Source: Bdellovibrionales bacterium
GTDB lineage: Bacteria > Bdellovibrionota > Bdellovibrionia > Bdellovibrionales > UBA1609
DNA: 64,000 bases
NCBI GenBank assembly: GCA_965200875.1
Contig: OZ241456.1
Coordinates: 1,568,001-1,632,000 of the forward strand
Direction of reading: 5' to 3'
The notes under the pieces were generated by a model, which did not search any database, was not told where the DNA came from, and saw only the letters and a list, made by a program, of their open reading frames with translations. A program made the position numbers and the translations under genes. Numbering within the stretch: position 1 is the stretch's first letter; each line of letters starts with the position of its first letter. Of the stretch, positions 47,361 through 57,317 are shown in pieces.

Positions 47361-49264
47361 CTCCGAAAAAAAATCACCAAGATCAGGACTCTCCGGCTCA
47401 AAGCCGAATACGCAATTTTTCCATAATTGCCCATATTGATCATGGTAAATCCACCTTGGCGGATTGTTTTTTGGAGTTCACCAAAGCTGTGGATGAAAGA
47501 CAAAAAAAAGAACAGTTTTTGGATCAAATGGAACTAGAAAGAGAACGGGGAATTACCATTAAAGCACAAACCGTGCGCCTTTCTTATAAAGCAAAAGATG
47601 GTTTAGTGTATCAGCTGAATTTAATAGATACTCCAGGTCATGTTGATTTTTCTTATGAAGTGTCCCGCTCTCTTTCCGCTTGTGAAGGGGTTTTGCTGGT
47701 GGTGGACGCATCACAAGGAGTGGAAGCGCAAACAATGGCTCATGCCTCTTTGGCTTTAACCAAAGACCTGATAATTATTCCCGTATTAAATAAAATTGAT
47801 CTTCCTGCTTCTCAACCGGATGAGGTTTCTCTTCAACTGGAAGAGCTTATAGGAATCAAAAAAGAAGAAATTATTTTTGTCAGTGCCAAGGAGAAAATCG
47901 GCATTCAAGATATATTGGAAAGAGTGGTTCGTGATATTCCTCCACCTTCTGCTCTTAACTTGAGTACTCCTGAAAATAAGAAATCATCCGGTAATCAAAT
48001 CATGGATCATTCCCCCTCCTCCCCGATAGCGGAAGGCTTTTTACGCGCTTTGATTTTTGATTCTTGGTTTGACAGCTATCAAGGGGTGGTGATTTTATGT
48101 CGTGTGGTTGAAGGGCGAATTAAAGTGGGGGATGAAGTGCGTTTTATACAGGGCCGAAAAGAAAGCACGGTATTGAAATTGGGAGTTTTTACCCCTTTTC
48201 CTTATAATTTGAAAGAGCTTAAAACCGGAGAAGTGGGTTTTGTGATTACAGGCATTAAAGGTATAAAGGATGTTATTGTGGGGGACACTTTAACCCATAC
48301 CGAAGCACCGGCTTTGTCTCCTCTGGCTGGTTTTAAAAAGCTTAAACCTCTGGTGTTTTCCAGTTTGTTTCCTTCTGATTCCAAGGATTTTGTTCAGCTG
48401 AAAACCGCTTTGGAAAAACTGGTTCTCAATGATTCCTCTTTGGTTTTTGAAACAGAAAACTCTCCTGCTCTGGGTTTTGGCTTTCGATGTGGTTTTTTGG
48501 GATTACTGCATCTGGAGATTATTCAAGAACGGTTGGAAAGAGAATTTAATCTGAATCTGATTATCACAGCCCCCTCTGTTATTTATAAAGTGTTTACAAA
48601 AGCAGGAGAAGTTCAGAAACTGGATAACCCCTCTGCTTTACTTGATCCTTCCAAGATTGAACATATTGAAGAACCTTTTGTTCGCGTTGATATTCATTCT
48701 CCTAGTGAATATGTAGGGGGTATTTTAAAACTTTGTGAAGAAAGAAGAGGAGAGCAGATTCGAATGGAATACAGCTCAGGAAACAGAATGATTATAGAGT
48801 ATCGTCTTCCCATGAGTGAGATCGTAATGGATTTTCATGATCGTTTAAAGTCTGTTTCGCGCGGTTATGCTTCGATGGAATATGAGTGGATGGGCTTTTC
48901 TCCCTCAGAGCTGGTGAAATTGGATATTTTATTAAATGGAGAAAAAGTAGACGCGCTATCTGTGATTTTGCATCGTTCAAAAGCACAAAAGAAAGGCCGT
49001 GCTCTGGTGAAGAAATTAAAGGAGCTTATTCATAGACAACAGTATCAGATAGCCATTCAAGCTGGCATAGGTTCCAAAATTATTGCGAGGGAAACTATCA
49101 GTGCTTTAAGAAAAGATGTGACAGCCAAGTGTTATGGAGGGGATATTACCAGAAAGAGAAAACTGTTGGAAAAACAAAAAAAAGGAAAAAAAAGGATGAA
49201 AGCCATTGGGAAAGTGGATGTGCCTCAATCTGCTTTTATGGCTGTATTAAAAGCAGATGATTAA
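47357..49264 (+). CDS. lepA: Elongation factor 4
   Basis: IRNFSIIAHIDHGKSTL, DTPGHVDF, NKID, GFRCGFLGLLH, KCYGGDITRK. Confidence 0.98.
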   Translation: MTPKKNHQDQDSPAQSRIRNFSIIAHIDHGKSTLADCFLEFTKAVDERQKKEQFLDQMELERERGITIKAQTVRLSYKAKDGLVYQLNLIDTPGHVDFSYEVSRSLSACEGVLLVVDASQGVEAQTMAHASLALTKDLIIIPVLNKIDLPASQPDEVSLQLEELIGIKKEEIIFVSAKEKIGIQDILERVVRDIPPPSALNLSTPENKKSSGNQIMDHSPSSPIAEGFLRALIFDSWFDSYQGVVILCRVVEGRIKVGDEVRFIQGRKESTVLKLGVFTPFPYNLKELKTGEVGFVITGIKGIKDVIVGDTLTHTEAPALSPLAGFKKLKPLVFSSLFPSDSKDFVQLKTALEKLVLNDSSLVFETENSPALGFGFRCGFLGLLHLEIIQERLEREFNLNLIITAPSVIYKVFTKAGEVQKLDNPSALLDPSKIEHIEEPFVRVDIHSPSEYVGGILKLCEERRGEQIRMEYSSGNRMIIEYRLPMSEIVMDFHDRLKSVSRGYASMEYEWMGFSPSELVKLDILLNGEKVDALSVILHRSKAQKKGRALVKKLKELIHRQQYQIAIQAGIGSKIIARETISALRKDVTAKCYGGDITRKRKLLEKQKKGKKRMKAIGKVDVPQSAFMAVLKADD

Positions 49265-50312
49265 AAAGTTCACCGGCTTTTTTGCCGGCATTTTTATTTT
49301 TATTTGGGTGATTTTGATTGCTCTTTTTTTAAGATGGAGCATGTTGGAAGTGTATGTTCTACCCTTTCATGGAATGATGCCCACTCTTTTTCCAAACGAT
49401 CATGTTATTGTGAATAAAATGGCTTATGGTTTGCGCTGGCCTTTTTCCTCTCGTTATGTTTCAAACTGGTCTGAACCAAAAAGAGGGGAAGTTATTGTCT
49501 TTCGATCTCCTTTTGATCCGGATTCGCTTTCCATACGCAGAGTGATTGGCATTCCAGGAGATCGCATATTTTTTGAAAATGGCAATTTGTACATAAATGA
49601 AAAAAAAGTTATTAAACGTCTGCCCTCTCTTCGAAAAAAAGATTTTTCCTGGGTCAGAGATGAGGATTTTTCGGATGGAGGCAAAACAGAAGATAAAAGC
49701 CATTATGTTCATTGGGAGGAGACTCTTTCCGATTCCTCTTACAGTATTTTACTGAAAAAGAGAGAAAAAAATTACTTGATTTTTGGCCCTTATCGCGTCC
49801 CACCCCGGTATTATTTTGTGATGGGAGATCACAGGGATCAGTCTCAGGATAGCAGGACCTGGCCAGCGCGCATTCAAAAAGCAAAAGGAATGGTGACTTT
49901 TTCCCGTTTATCTGCTGGAGATGAAACTATTTCCATTCCCAAGAGCACTTTGGTTCGAACAGGTGATTTGAAATTGCCGGAATATTTTGAAACTAAGCAG
50001 GATACTTTACTAAAAGGACCTTTTGTGGAGGTGAAAGTATCCGCGAAAAAAGCAGGTTTGGCGGGGAATGTGTCTGCTGGGCAGATAAATGTTATTGAAG
50101 GGAAATTATCCCATCATCTGAGTGTGAATAATGTAAAGGCTCTCAAAGGAGGCTTAGATGAGAATCTGGTGTTGGAATCGGATATTTTAGGTAAAGTCAT
50201 TCGGGTTTGGTTTAGCTGTGAAAAAACTTTAACAGGTGTTCCCTTTCTTTGTGATCCCCGATATATGAGATGGAATCGCACTTTTTTCCCCATTCACCAG
50301 AAAAATATTTAA
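49257..50312 (+). CDS. lepB: Signal peptidase I homologue with substituted catalytic residues and an inserted domain
   Basis: One TM helix, PFHGMMPTL (normally PSGSMxPTL), SIRRVIGIPGD (normally IKRVIG), YFVMGDHRDQSQDSR; follows lepA. Confidence 0.8.
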   Translation: MIKKFTGFFAGIFIFIWVILIALFLRWSMLEVYVLPFHGMMPTLFPNDHVIVNKMAYGLRWPFSSRYVSNWSEPKRGEVIVFRSPFDPDSLSIRRVIGIPGDRIFFENGNLYINEKKVIKRLPSLRKKDFSWVRDEDFSDGGKTEDKSHYVHWEETLSDSSYSILLKKREKNYLIFGPYRVPPRYYFVMGDHRDQSQDSRTWPARIQKAKGMVTFSRLSAGDETISIPKSTLVRTGDLKLPEYFETKQDTLLKGPFVEVKVSAKKAGLAGNVSAGQINVIEGKLSHHLSVNNVKALKGGLDENLVLESDILGKVIRVWFSCEKTLTGVPFLCDPRYMRWNRTFFPIHQKNI

Positions 50313-50512
50313 TTCTTATTGGTTTAGTGGTGATGAAACATTTTTTAATTTGCTTGTTTCATGTCATCCTGATAAAGTAAGACATCAGTGTTTGTTCAAA
50401 AAAATACTTTAAACTGAGTCGGTTGGGAAGTAATTGTGGTTCTTTTTTCATCTGCTTTAGTATGGTGGCCAAGCTGTGGAGATTTACAAAATTCAAGCCG
50501 AAGGAGAATAAT

Positions 50513-51481
50513 ATGGAAAAAAAATCCCCCTCAAACAAAAAAACACTTTTAGGTATAGACGATTTATCCACTAAAGATCTTGAGTTCATTCTTCAGACAG
50601 CCGGGCTGTTTAAGAAAGAATTTTATAAAACTGGTCGCATTATTCATTGTATTGACTCTGAACAAACAAAGGGCATGGTGGTTCAGCTGTTGTTTGCTGA
50701 ACCCAGCACACGCACCCGCGCCAGTTTTGAAGTGGCTTGTGGAAAACTGGGAATAGCAGTGACTTCTTTATGGAATCTGCATTTTTCCAGTATGGCAAAA
50801 GGGGAAACCCTAGAGGATACTCTTCAGTGTCTTATTGCTTTAAAACCCAATATGATTGTGATTCGTTGTGGAGATTTTAAATCTGCGGAGAATTTTTTAC
50901 GCTCAAGTCCCATACCTGTTATTAATGCAGGACTGGGGGCTATGGAGCATCCTACTCAGGCTTTAGTGGATGCCTTTACCATTAAAGAGAAAAAAGGAAA
51001 AATAGAAAATGAAAAAGTGCTAATTGTTGGAGATGTTTTACACTCCCGTGTGGCCAATTCCAATTTAAAATTGCTTGCTCGTCTTGGAGCTAAGCTTGGA
51101 ATGTGTACTCCTGAATCATTAAGCCCCGCAGATAAACAAGCTTGGAAAGATGTGGTTCGTTTTGATTCATTGGAAACCGGTATTAAGTGGGCAGATGTCA
51201 TAATGTGTTTAAGGGTACAAAGGGAAAGACATTCTTTGCGCAACATTGGTTTCTCTATGGCTGAGTACAGGGACAATTATCGAATTGGGCAGGAGGAAAT
51301 GGATGTTTTCCATCCTGATGGTGTGCTTTTACACCCTGGTCCGGCAGTACGAGGTGTGGAAATTTCAAATCAGGCTTTAGATGATTCACGCTGTCATATT
51401 GTGACTCAAGTGGAAAACGGCTCACATGTTCGTTCAGCTATCATAACCCTCATGTTGAATTTGGAGATAAAATCATTATGA
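50513..51481 (+). CDS. pyrB: Aspartate carbamoyltransferase catalytic subunit
   Basis: FAEPSTRTRASF, HPTQAL, VGDVLHSRVA, LRVQRER, HPGP; ATG 50513 after AAGGAG. Confidence 0.94.
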   Translation: MEKKSPSNKKTLLGIDDLSTKDLEFILQTAGLFKKEFYKTGRIIHCIDSEQTKGMVVQLLFAEPSTRTRASFEVACGKLGIAVTSLWNLHFSSMAKGETLEDTLQCLIALKPNMIVIRCGDFKSAENFLRSSPIPVINAGLGAMEHPTQALVDAFTIKEKKGKIENEKVLIVGDVLHSRVANSNLKLLARLGAKLGMCTPESLSPADKQAWKDVVRFDSLETGIKWADVIMCLRVQRERHSLRNIGFSMAEYRDNYRIGQEEMDVFHPDGVLLHPGPAVRGVEISNQALDDSRCHIVTQVENGSHVRSAIITLMLNLEIKSL

Positions 51482-52578
51482 ATCAGACAGAACCTGCTTC
51501 AAAAACAGAGGCTGGATTTCTTGTTCTGGAAACAGGTGAAGTATTTAGCGGGCGATTCCTTGGAGGTACAGAGCGCGCAGGAGAAGTGGTGTTTAACACT
51601 TCCCATAGTGGTTATGAGGAAATGGCCACAGATCCTTCTTATTTTAATCAAATTTTAGTGATGACAGCTCCCATGCAGGGAAACTATGGAGATAGTGATG
51701 AGGTTTGGGAATCTTCCCGCATTCATATTCAGGCATTGGTGTGCATGGAAATGCAGGATAATCAAAAAAATTCCGGATGGAAAAACAAATTAATTTCTTA
51801 TGGTGTTCCGATTTTATCAGAGGTGGATACCCGGTCTCTTGTATTACTTTTAAGAAAAAAAGAGGGGCTTTGGGGAGCTTTAGTAAGAGGGTCGGACTGG
51901 CAAAAGGCTAAAAAGCGGGCTGGTCATTTTATTGTGGCCGGTCAGAAAATGGAAAAAGATTGGCCTTTCATGGTAGCGAGAAAATCACCAGAGGAAATAA
52001 AAGGGAATAAAGCCAAAGGGCCACGCGTGGCGGTTATGGATTTTGGCTGTAAGCAAAATATTATTCGAGAATTGGTGAAAAGATGTAGTGCTGTTTGTGT
52101 ATTTCCTCCTCGTGTTTCCGCAAAGGAGATTATGGTTTGGAAACCTTCCGGTCTTCTGCTTTCCAACGGACCTGGAGATCCTGCGCAGGTAAAACAAGCC
52201 GTAGACACAGTGCGCACACTTTTGGGGGAGATTTTTATTTTTGGAATTTGCATGGGTCATCAGATTCTGGCTTTGGCTTTAGGAGGGAAAACCTATCGTT
52301 TGAAATTCGGGCACAGGGGAAGCAATCATCCCGTCCGAGATGAGTTACTGAAAAAAATTTATGTGACCAGCCAAAATCATGGTTACGCCGTAAAAAAGGA
52401 AAGTCTACCTTCTTCCATTCAGGTGACTCATACCAATTTGAATGACAACACTGTGGAAGGTTTTTTTTCAAAGAAAGAGAACTGCCTAGGGATTCAATTT
52501 CATCCTGAAAGTCATCCCGGCCCCCGTGAAGCTAAAGACCTGTTTGATTTTTTTATAAAATCCCTGAAGAGAAAATAA
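51478..52578 (+). CDS. carA: Carbamoyl-phosphate synthase small subunit
   Basis: GEVVFNTS, TDPSY, LSNGPGDP, GICMGHQ, SQNHGY, QFHPE. Confidence 0.95.
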   Translation: MNQTEPASKTEAGFLVLETGEVFSGRFLGGTERAGEVVFNTSHSGYEEMATDPSYFNQILVMTAPMQGNYGDSDEVWESSRIHIQALVCMEMQDNQKNSGWKNKLISYGVPILSEVDTRSLVLLLRKKEGLWGALVRGSDWQKAKKRAGHFIVAGQKMEKDWPFMVARKSPEEIKGNKAKGPRVAVMDFGCKQNIIRELVKRCSAVCVFPPRVSAKEIMVWKPSGLLLSNGPGDPAQVKQAVDTVRTLLGEIFIFGICMGHQILALALGGKTYRLKFGHRGSNHPVRDELLKKIYVTSQNHGYAVKKESLPSSIQVTHTNLNDNTVEGFFSKKENCLGIQFHPESHPGPREAKDLFDFFIKSLKRK

Positions 52579-52605
52579 GCCGTCGTACACAATAAAGTGT
52601 AAACA

Positions 52606-54066
52606 TTATCTTCTGTGAGTGCGCAAATTTCTTCTCAGAAACAAGACAAAAGAACCTAGAACAATCAATAAAGAACCAAAGTATTTTATGAATCTCCCGG
52701 GATCTTTATTTATGGAAAACACACTAGCCACCGGCACACCTCTTTCATCTTCTTCAAAACCAGACTGATAAATGGTGTAACCAGCAAACTTTAAAGGATG
52801 ATTCATGGAAATAATTTTTGTATTTTCTCCCTGATTCACTTGCACCTCACTTTCGTAACCTTCAGCTTTAAAACTGGAAGGGTACCTGACCACTTTAAAA
52901 TTCTTTAACCGTAACTGAAAACCTAGGTCTTTTCTTTCGTTAATGTAGGCCACTATATATACTTTATCCTCATCAAAGAAAAACAAATGTGAGTTAAGCC
53001 CCATCCACTTTTTTTCGCCTTTAAACTCCACCTGAATGGCTGAATGAGTCCGCTCACTCACTCTTTTTTGAGGGATGAATAAAGTATCCGGCAACGCCTT
53101 GGGCAAATACTCCAGCAAACGAAATTCAAAATCCATCCAACCGGTTTTTATACGACTGAGAGCTGAAATATCCTCTCTTAAATTCTCTTTTTTCAGACCC
53201 GCATCCCGCAAAGCGGAACCCGTTTGCAAAAAACCTTCCTGGTGTTTTTTCGATCCTGGTTTTTGTAGTCTGTATTTTAGTTTTTCCCCTTCGGGTGACA
53301 ACAAAAGCCGAGGCAACTCTCTCTTTCGTGTGGCAGATTGACTCTTAAGCTTTTTCTCTGGTGGCAAAGATTTTAATAAAATAATTTCTGCAGGTCCCAA
53401 AGGTAATTTTACCTGATCCATCCAAGGAGGCTTAAACATCCATTTTACTATCTGCGTCTGACTTCCGACTATCTGAAAACGCAAAGCCGGCCCTCCCCTT
53501 AAAGCCGGCTCATACTTTTCACGAGCCAAAGCAGAAGGATAAAAAGCAGTTATTTTCAGCATATCAGCACCTATTTGCGCGATATGAGGTTTTCCCGGAC
53601 GAGGAGGACTGCGAAAAAAATAAACCTGTTTTCGATACAATTCCGTTAAATTTTTTGCGTCAAAAGAGGAGTACATCATAAGCAAAGCGGATTCTGTGAC
53701 AATTTGCGATCCCTCTTCCTCCAAAGCCAACCTTAAATTGCCATCCACACCGTAAAACCGGGTGATTACAGACCCTGTAAGCACAAATATAATGCCAAAA
53801 TGCGCCAGTAAAAAAGCAATATGTTTTTTTTTCCACGGCCAACGATCAATCATTACAGCAATAATATTGAGAGCCAAAAGAGAGGCAAGCACTGTCATCC
53901 AGGTAGAACGATAAATAAGCTCTTGAGCGGCAACACGTCCTTGAGCCGACTCATAAAAAGTGCCCACAGCAAATAACAAAACCAATGCTGACAAAGTCAA
54001 AACAGCCAACTTAAGGGAACAAAAAAAGCTATATATATAAGTTAGGAAGTTTATTATAAATTTCAA
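52606..54066 (-). CDS. resB: Cytochrome c biogenesis protein ResB/Ccs1-like
   Basis: SLKLAV, GTFYES, LLAHFG, ISMNHPL, IYQSG, DPGR before a C-terminal TM helix. Confidence 0.78.
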   Translation of the reverse strand: MKFIINFLTYIYSFFCSLKLAVLTLSALVLLFAVGTFYESAQGRVAAQELIYRSTWMTVLASLLALNIIAVMIDRWPWKKKHIAFLLAHFGIIFVLTGSVITRFYGVDGNLRLALEEEGSQIVTESALLMMYSSFDAKNLTELYRKQVYFFRSPPRPGKPHIAQIGADMLKITAFYPSALAREKYEPALRGGPALRFQIVGSQTQIVKWMFKPPWMDQVKLPLGPAEIILLKSLPPEKKLKSQSATRKRELPRLLLSPEGEKLKYRLQKPGSKKHQEGFLQTGSALRDAGLKKENLREDISALSRIKTGWMDFEFRLLEYLPKALPDTLFIPQKRVSERTHSAIQVEFKGEKKWMGLNSHLFFFDEDKVYIVAYINERKDLGFQLRLKNFKVVRYPSSFKAEGYESEVQVNQGENTKIISMNHPLKFAGYTIYQSGFEEDERGVPVASVFSINKDPGRFIKYFGSLLIVLGSFVLFLRRNLRTHRR

Positions 54067-54856
54067 AAATCACCTTACTTAGACGCTGTTTTACCGGTTC
54101 TGCTTTTTCAGGAACAATTTGTTTACTGCTTTCATTCATATACAACTTGCGATTCAGCTCAATCATTAAAGCCTGCCGGCCATCCTTCGGGCAACCGTAT
54201 TTTTCCACAATAGTTCCTCCTGTATAAGGGTGATTTAAACATACTTCAAAACCCTGATTCCGATAAGCCGTTATCACCTGCTCCGTCCATTCGGCTGTGG
54301 CAGTTTTTCCTTTTTCGTTTCCTATAACTATATCGGCTCTGTATTCACCAGGATCTCTGTGCGCGTTTGTTCCTTGGGAGGGCATACTGTGAATATCCAA
54401 ATGATAAATATTTTCGGCACCAGTTTTATTCAAGCTTTCGTAAAGGGAGTCAATATCGCGAAAAAAACCTTCATAATATTTTTTCAAAATATTTTCGTGT
54501 AACTGCCGGCTTAAAGGGTTTTTAAATAAAACATAACCAGCTGTTGTTTTTCTCCAATGAAGTCCTGTGGGATGAGAACCGGAAGGATTGCCACTACCTT
54601 CCAAGGAATCACAGTCTACATCCGTGGGCCAACGGTTGCAATCCACCACATAACGATGATATGGAGTGACCACTGTTGGTATTTTATGTTGATCCAAAGC
54701 TGACTGATACATATCAGCCACAAAGCGATCCACATCATACATTAAAGTCACTTCATCCAGCTCTTTAAGCCAAGGACATTCTTCCACTACCTGTTCCCCG
54801 TTATGGGGAATGCTGACTAAAATCGATTTTTTGCTTAAAGCGTGTTCTTTACTCAT
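54029..54856 (-). CDS. N-formylglutamate amidohydrolase family protein
   Basis: SIPHNG, RYVVDCNR, LDIHSMP, NHPYTGG, MIELNRKLYM. Confidence 0.88.
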   Translation of the reverse strand: MSKEHALSKKSILVSIPHNGEQVVEECPWLKELDEVTLMYDVDRFVADMYQSALDQHKIPTVVTPYHRYVVDCNRWPTDVDCDSLEGSGNPSGSHPTGLHWRKTTAGYVLFKNPLSRQLHENILKKYYEGFFRDIDSLYESLNKTGAENIYHLDIHSMPSQGTNAHRDPGEYRADIVIGNEKGKTATAEWTEQVITAYRNQGFEVCLNHPYTGGTIVEKYGCPKDGRQALMIELNRKLYMNESSKQIVPEKAEPVKQRLSKVIFEIYNKLPNLYI

Positions 54857-54874
54857 ACTCAGCTCCTTATTCCA

Positions 54875-56251
54875 CTATTTTGAAATAGAAATTGTTTTTA
54901 CATTCATAAATTCATAAAAACCAAAACTGGATAATTCCCGACCGTATCCTGAATCTTTAATACCACCAAACGGAAGTGCCGGATGAGAATGCAAAGCCTG
55001 ATTTACCACACATGCCCCTGCTTGCAAATAATTACGCGCCCATTTTTCGGCTTGTTCCATATCCCTGCTGAAAACCGCCGCTCCCAAACCATAAGGAGAA
55101 ATGTTAGCTTTCCGCAAAGCAGACTCTTCATCCGGCACAGTAATAATCCAAGCCACAGGACCAAACAGTTCTTCCTCAAAAACGCACACATTATCAGTAG
55201 TAGCATCGCTCTTCAAGACAGTAGGCGGATAAAAATATCCTTTTTGCTCAGGCAACTGCGCACCTAAAACCACCTGCGCGCCCTTTGCCTTTAAAAAAGC
55301 TACCTGACTTTGCAAATGTTCCCTTAAGTCTTTGCGAGCCAAAGGCCCAAGAAGAGTATCGGGTAAAACAGGGTTTTCCATTTTATAGGACTTCATTTTT
55401 TCCACCACAAGAGCCGTAAATTTTTCCGCATTTTTTCTGGTGACTATAAAACGCTTGGCAGAAATACAACTTTGCCCGCTGTTATTCATCCGAGACAAAA
55501 CACACTCTCTACTGGCCAATTCCAAATCCGCTGAATCCAAAATCACATAAGGATCGCTCCCTCCTAATTCCAACACACTTTTTTTTAAATAACGACCCGC
55601 CAATGCAGAAACCACTCGACCAGCTTTTACGCTTCCGGTTAGAGAAAGCCCCCGTACGCGCCGATCGGCAATTATTTTTTCTGTTTGTTCTATGGAGATA
55701 GGTAAATTCTGGTACACTCCCAAAGGAAAACCAGCCTTAATAAACAGTTTTTCCAGTTCAGTCGCACACAACATAACATTAGGAGCATGTTTCAAAAACA
55801 CAGTATTACCCCCCAACAAAACAGGTAGCGCGAAACGAAGCACCTGCCAAAAAGGAAAATTCCAAGGCATAATACCTAAAATAATCCCCAGAGGCTGAAA
55901 ACTAACATAAGAGTTTTCAGGAGCAGAGGGCAGGTTGGTTTTATCCGCCAAAAAAACAGGAGCTTGTTCAGACACATATTCACAAAGCTTGATACACTTT
56001 TCCACTTCCGCCAATGACTGTTGAAGAGGTTTACCCATTTCATGGGTTATAAGAGTCGCCAAAGTTTTTTTTTCGGATTTTAAAAGGTTTTTTAAATTTT
56101 GAACAAAAACAATTCTTTTATGGATATCCAGAGCACTCCAGCTGGACAAAACACGAGTGGAAAAAGAAAATTTTTTCTCCAGTTCCTCATCAGACAGAAA
56201 AAGTGTCTCACCAAATTCTTCTTCTGTAAAAGGATTGATTGATCGAAACAT
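54875..56251 (-). CDS. NAD(P)-dependent succinate-semialdehyde dehydrogenase (ALDH family)
   Basis: IMPWNFPFWQ, LTGS, LELGGSDP, SGQSCISAKR, EELFGP, PFGGIKDSGYGRE. Confidence 0.9.
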   Translation of the reverse strand: MFRSINPFTEEEFGETLFLSDEELEKKFSFSTRVLSSWSALDIHKRIVFVQNLKNLLKSEKKTLATLITHEMGKPLQQSLAEVEKCIKLCEYVSEQAPVFLADKTNLPSAPENSYVSFQPLGIILGIMPWNFPFWQVLRFALPVLLGGNTVFLKHAPNVMLCATELEKLFIKAGFPLGVYQNLPISIEQTEKIIADRRVRGLSLTGSVKAGRVVSALAGRYLKKSVLELGGSDPYVILDSADLELASRECVLSRMNNSGQSCISAKRFIVTRKNAEKFTALVVEKMKSYKMENPVLPDTLLGPLARKDLREHLQSQVAFLKAKGAQVVLGAQLPEQKGYFYPPTVLKSDATTDNVCVFEEELFGPVAWIITVPDEESALRKANISPYGLGAAVFSRDMEQAEKWARNYLQAGACVVNQALHSHPALPFGGIKDSGYGRELSSFGFYEFMNVKTISISK

Positions 56252-56259
56252 TTTTTATC

Positions 56260-56979
56260 TTAATGAAAAGAAGTGTCCAAAGAAAATGGCCCTGGAGTAA
56301 AAGGGCGAGATTTTGCCAGCTGTTTCCGTTTTAAAATCAACCACAACCAAGCCAGCTGAGAGTCCATTTCAATCAAACCTTCAGCTGTAATAGATCCACG
56401 CGAGTTTTCTTCCTGTACAGAATCATGGGAAGGACTAATCAAAATACAGCGATCAATTTTACACATTTTTGCCACGCTTTGAAAAGTATTTTTTTTGGAT
56501 TTTTCTGAAAAATACAATAATGTAAATTTGGCAACTTTGCCCTGTTTCTTTTTATATACACTCAAATAGTTTGAATTGTACTTCTTGCTACAAAAAATTT
56601 TCATTATATTTTTTTCAAATGTTCCCACTTTTGCTGACACCAAGAGAGCACGGGAAGACCCCATTAAAAAGTCTGGAAGACCTGTAAGCCTGACCATGCG
56701 ATCGTATAAACCCAAACTGATTAAAAAAGACATTAACTTCAAATGCACGGGAGAATCAAAAGTTTCCCCTTTATTCGTTAAACCAAACATCCAAGCGGGT
56801 GGTTTTACTTTATATTTCTTTAAAATTTCCCGAGCTTTGGCCACACGCACCGCTACATCCGGGATTCGTAAGCAGTGAATAAACATCTCATTGGATTCCA
56901 GAACAAGATCATTAAAAACCGCTGCAGTTTTATGATATTGAACATCTTTTTTTGCCGGCAATTCATTTTTCTTACGCAT
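56260..56979 (-). CDS. Hypothetical protein
   Basis: 239-aa ORF co-oriented with the downstream genes; no motif confidently recognised. Confidence 0.7.
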   Translation of the reverse strand: MRKKNELPAKKDVQYHKTAAVFNDLVLESNEMFIHCLRIPDVAVRVAKAREILKKYKVKPPAWMFGLTNKGETFDSPVHLKLMSFLISLGLYDRMVRLTGLPDFLMGSSRALLVSAKVGTFEKNIMKIFCSKKYNSNYLSVYKKKQGKVAKFTLLYFSEKSKKNTFQSVAKMCKIDRCILISPSHDSVQEENSRGSITAEGLIEMDSQLAWLWLILKRKQLAKSRPFTPGPFSLDTSFH

Positions 56980-57317
56980 CGGATAAATTCTCCTTAAATT
57001 ATATTTTGTCGTTCAAGCGGTTCATGGCAACTCAAATAGATTATTATTTTCTCCTGATGAGTTTCAACAACAAAATATTAAAAAAAGCAACAAAACATTT
57101 AAAAAAACAACAAAACAAGTTACATTTTTACATCACTTTGAAAACATTTCACTTATCAGACTTCCAAATATCCTTATCTGAGGTGCCACTCCTTTCTGTT
57201 TCCAAGCCAATCACCCGGAAAGAAGTTTGCTACAAAAAAAGCAAACAGGACCTTGGTTTGTTCCAAAATCCGCTAAAAATATTGTGAAGGAGCTTTTGCC
57301 CTGATAAGCTTTTTTCA

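Noticed and set aside
49870..50160. Prophage or tailocin locus around the baseplate-like segment
   Set aside because: The neighbours are lepA and pyrB and no other phage structural genes are present; treated as a domain insertion only
53196..53222. REP-like gcatcccgcaaagcggaacc inside resB as an in-frame repeat insertion
   Set aside because: Similarity to the family A hairpin is too short to distinguish from chance
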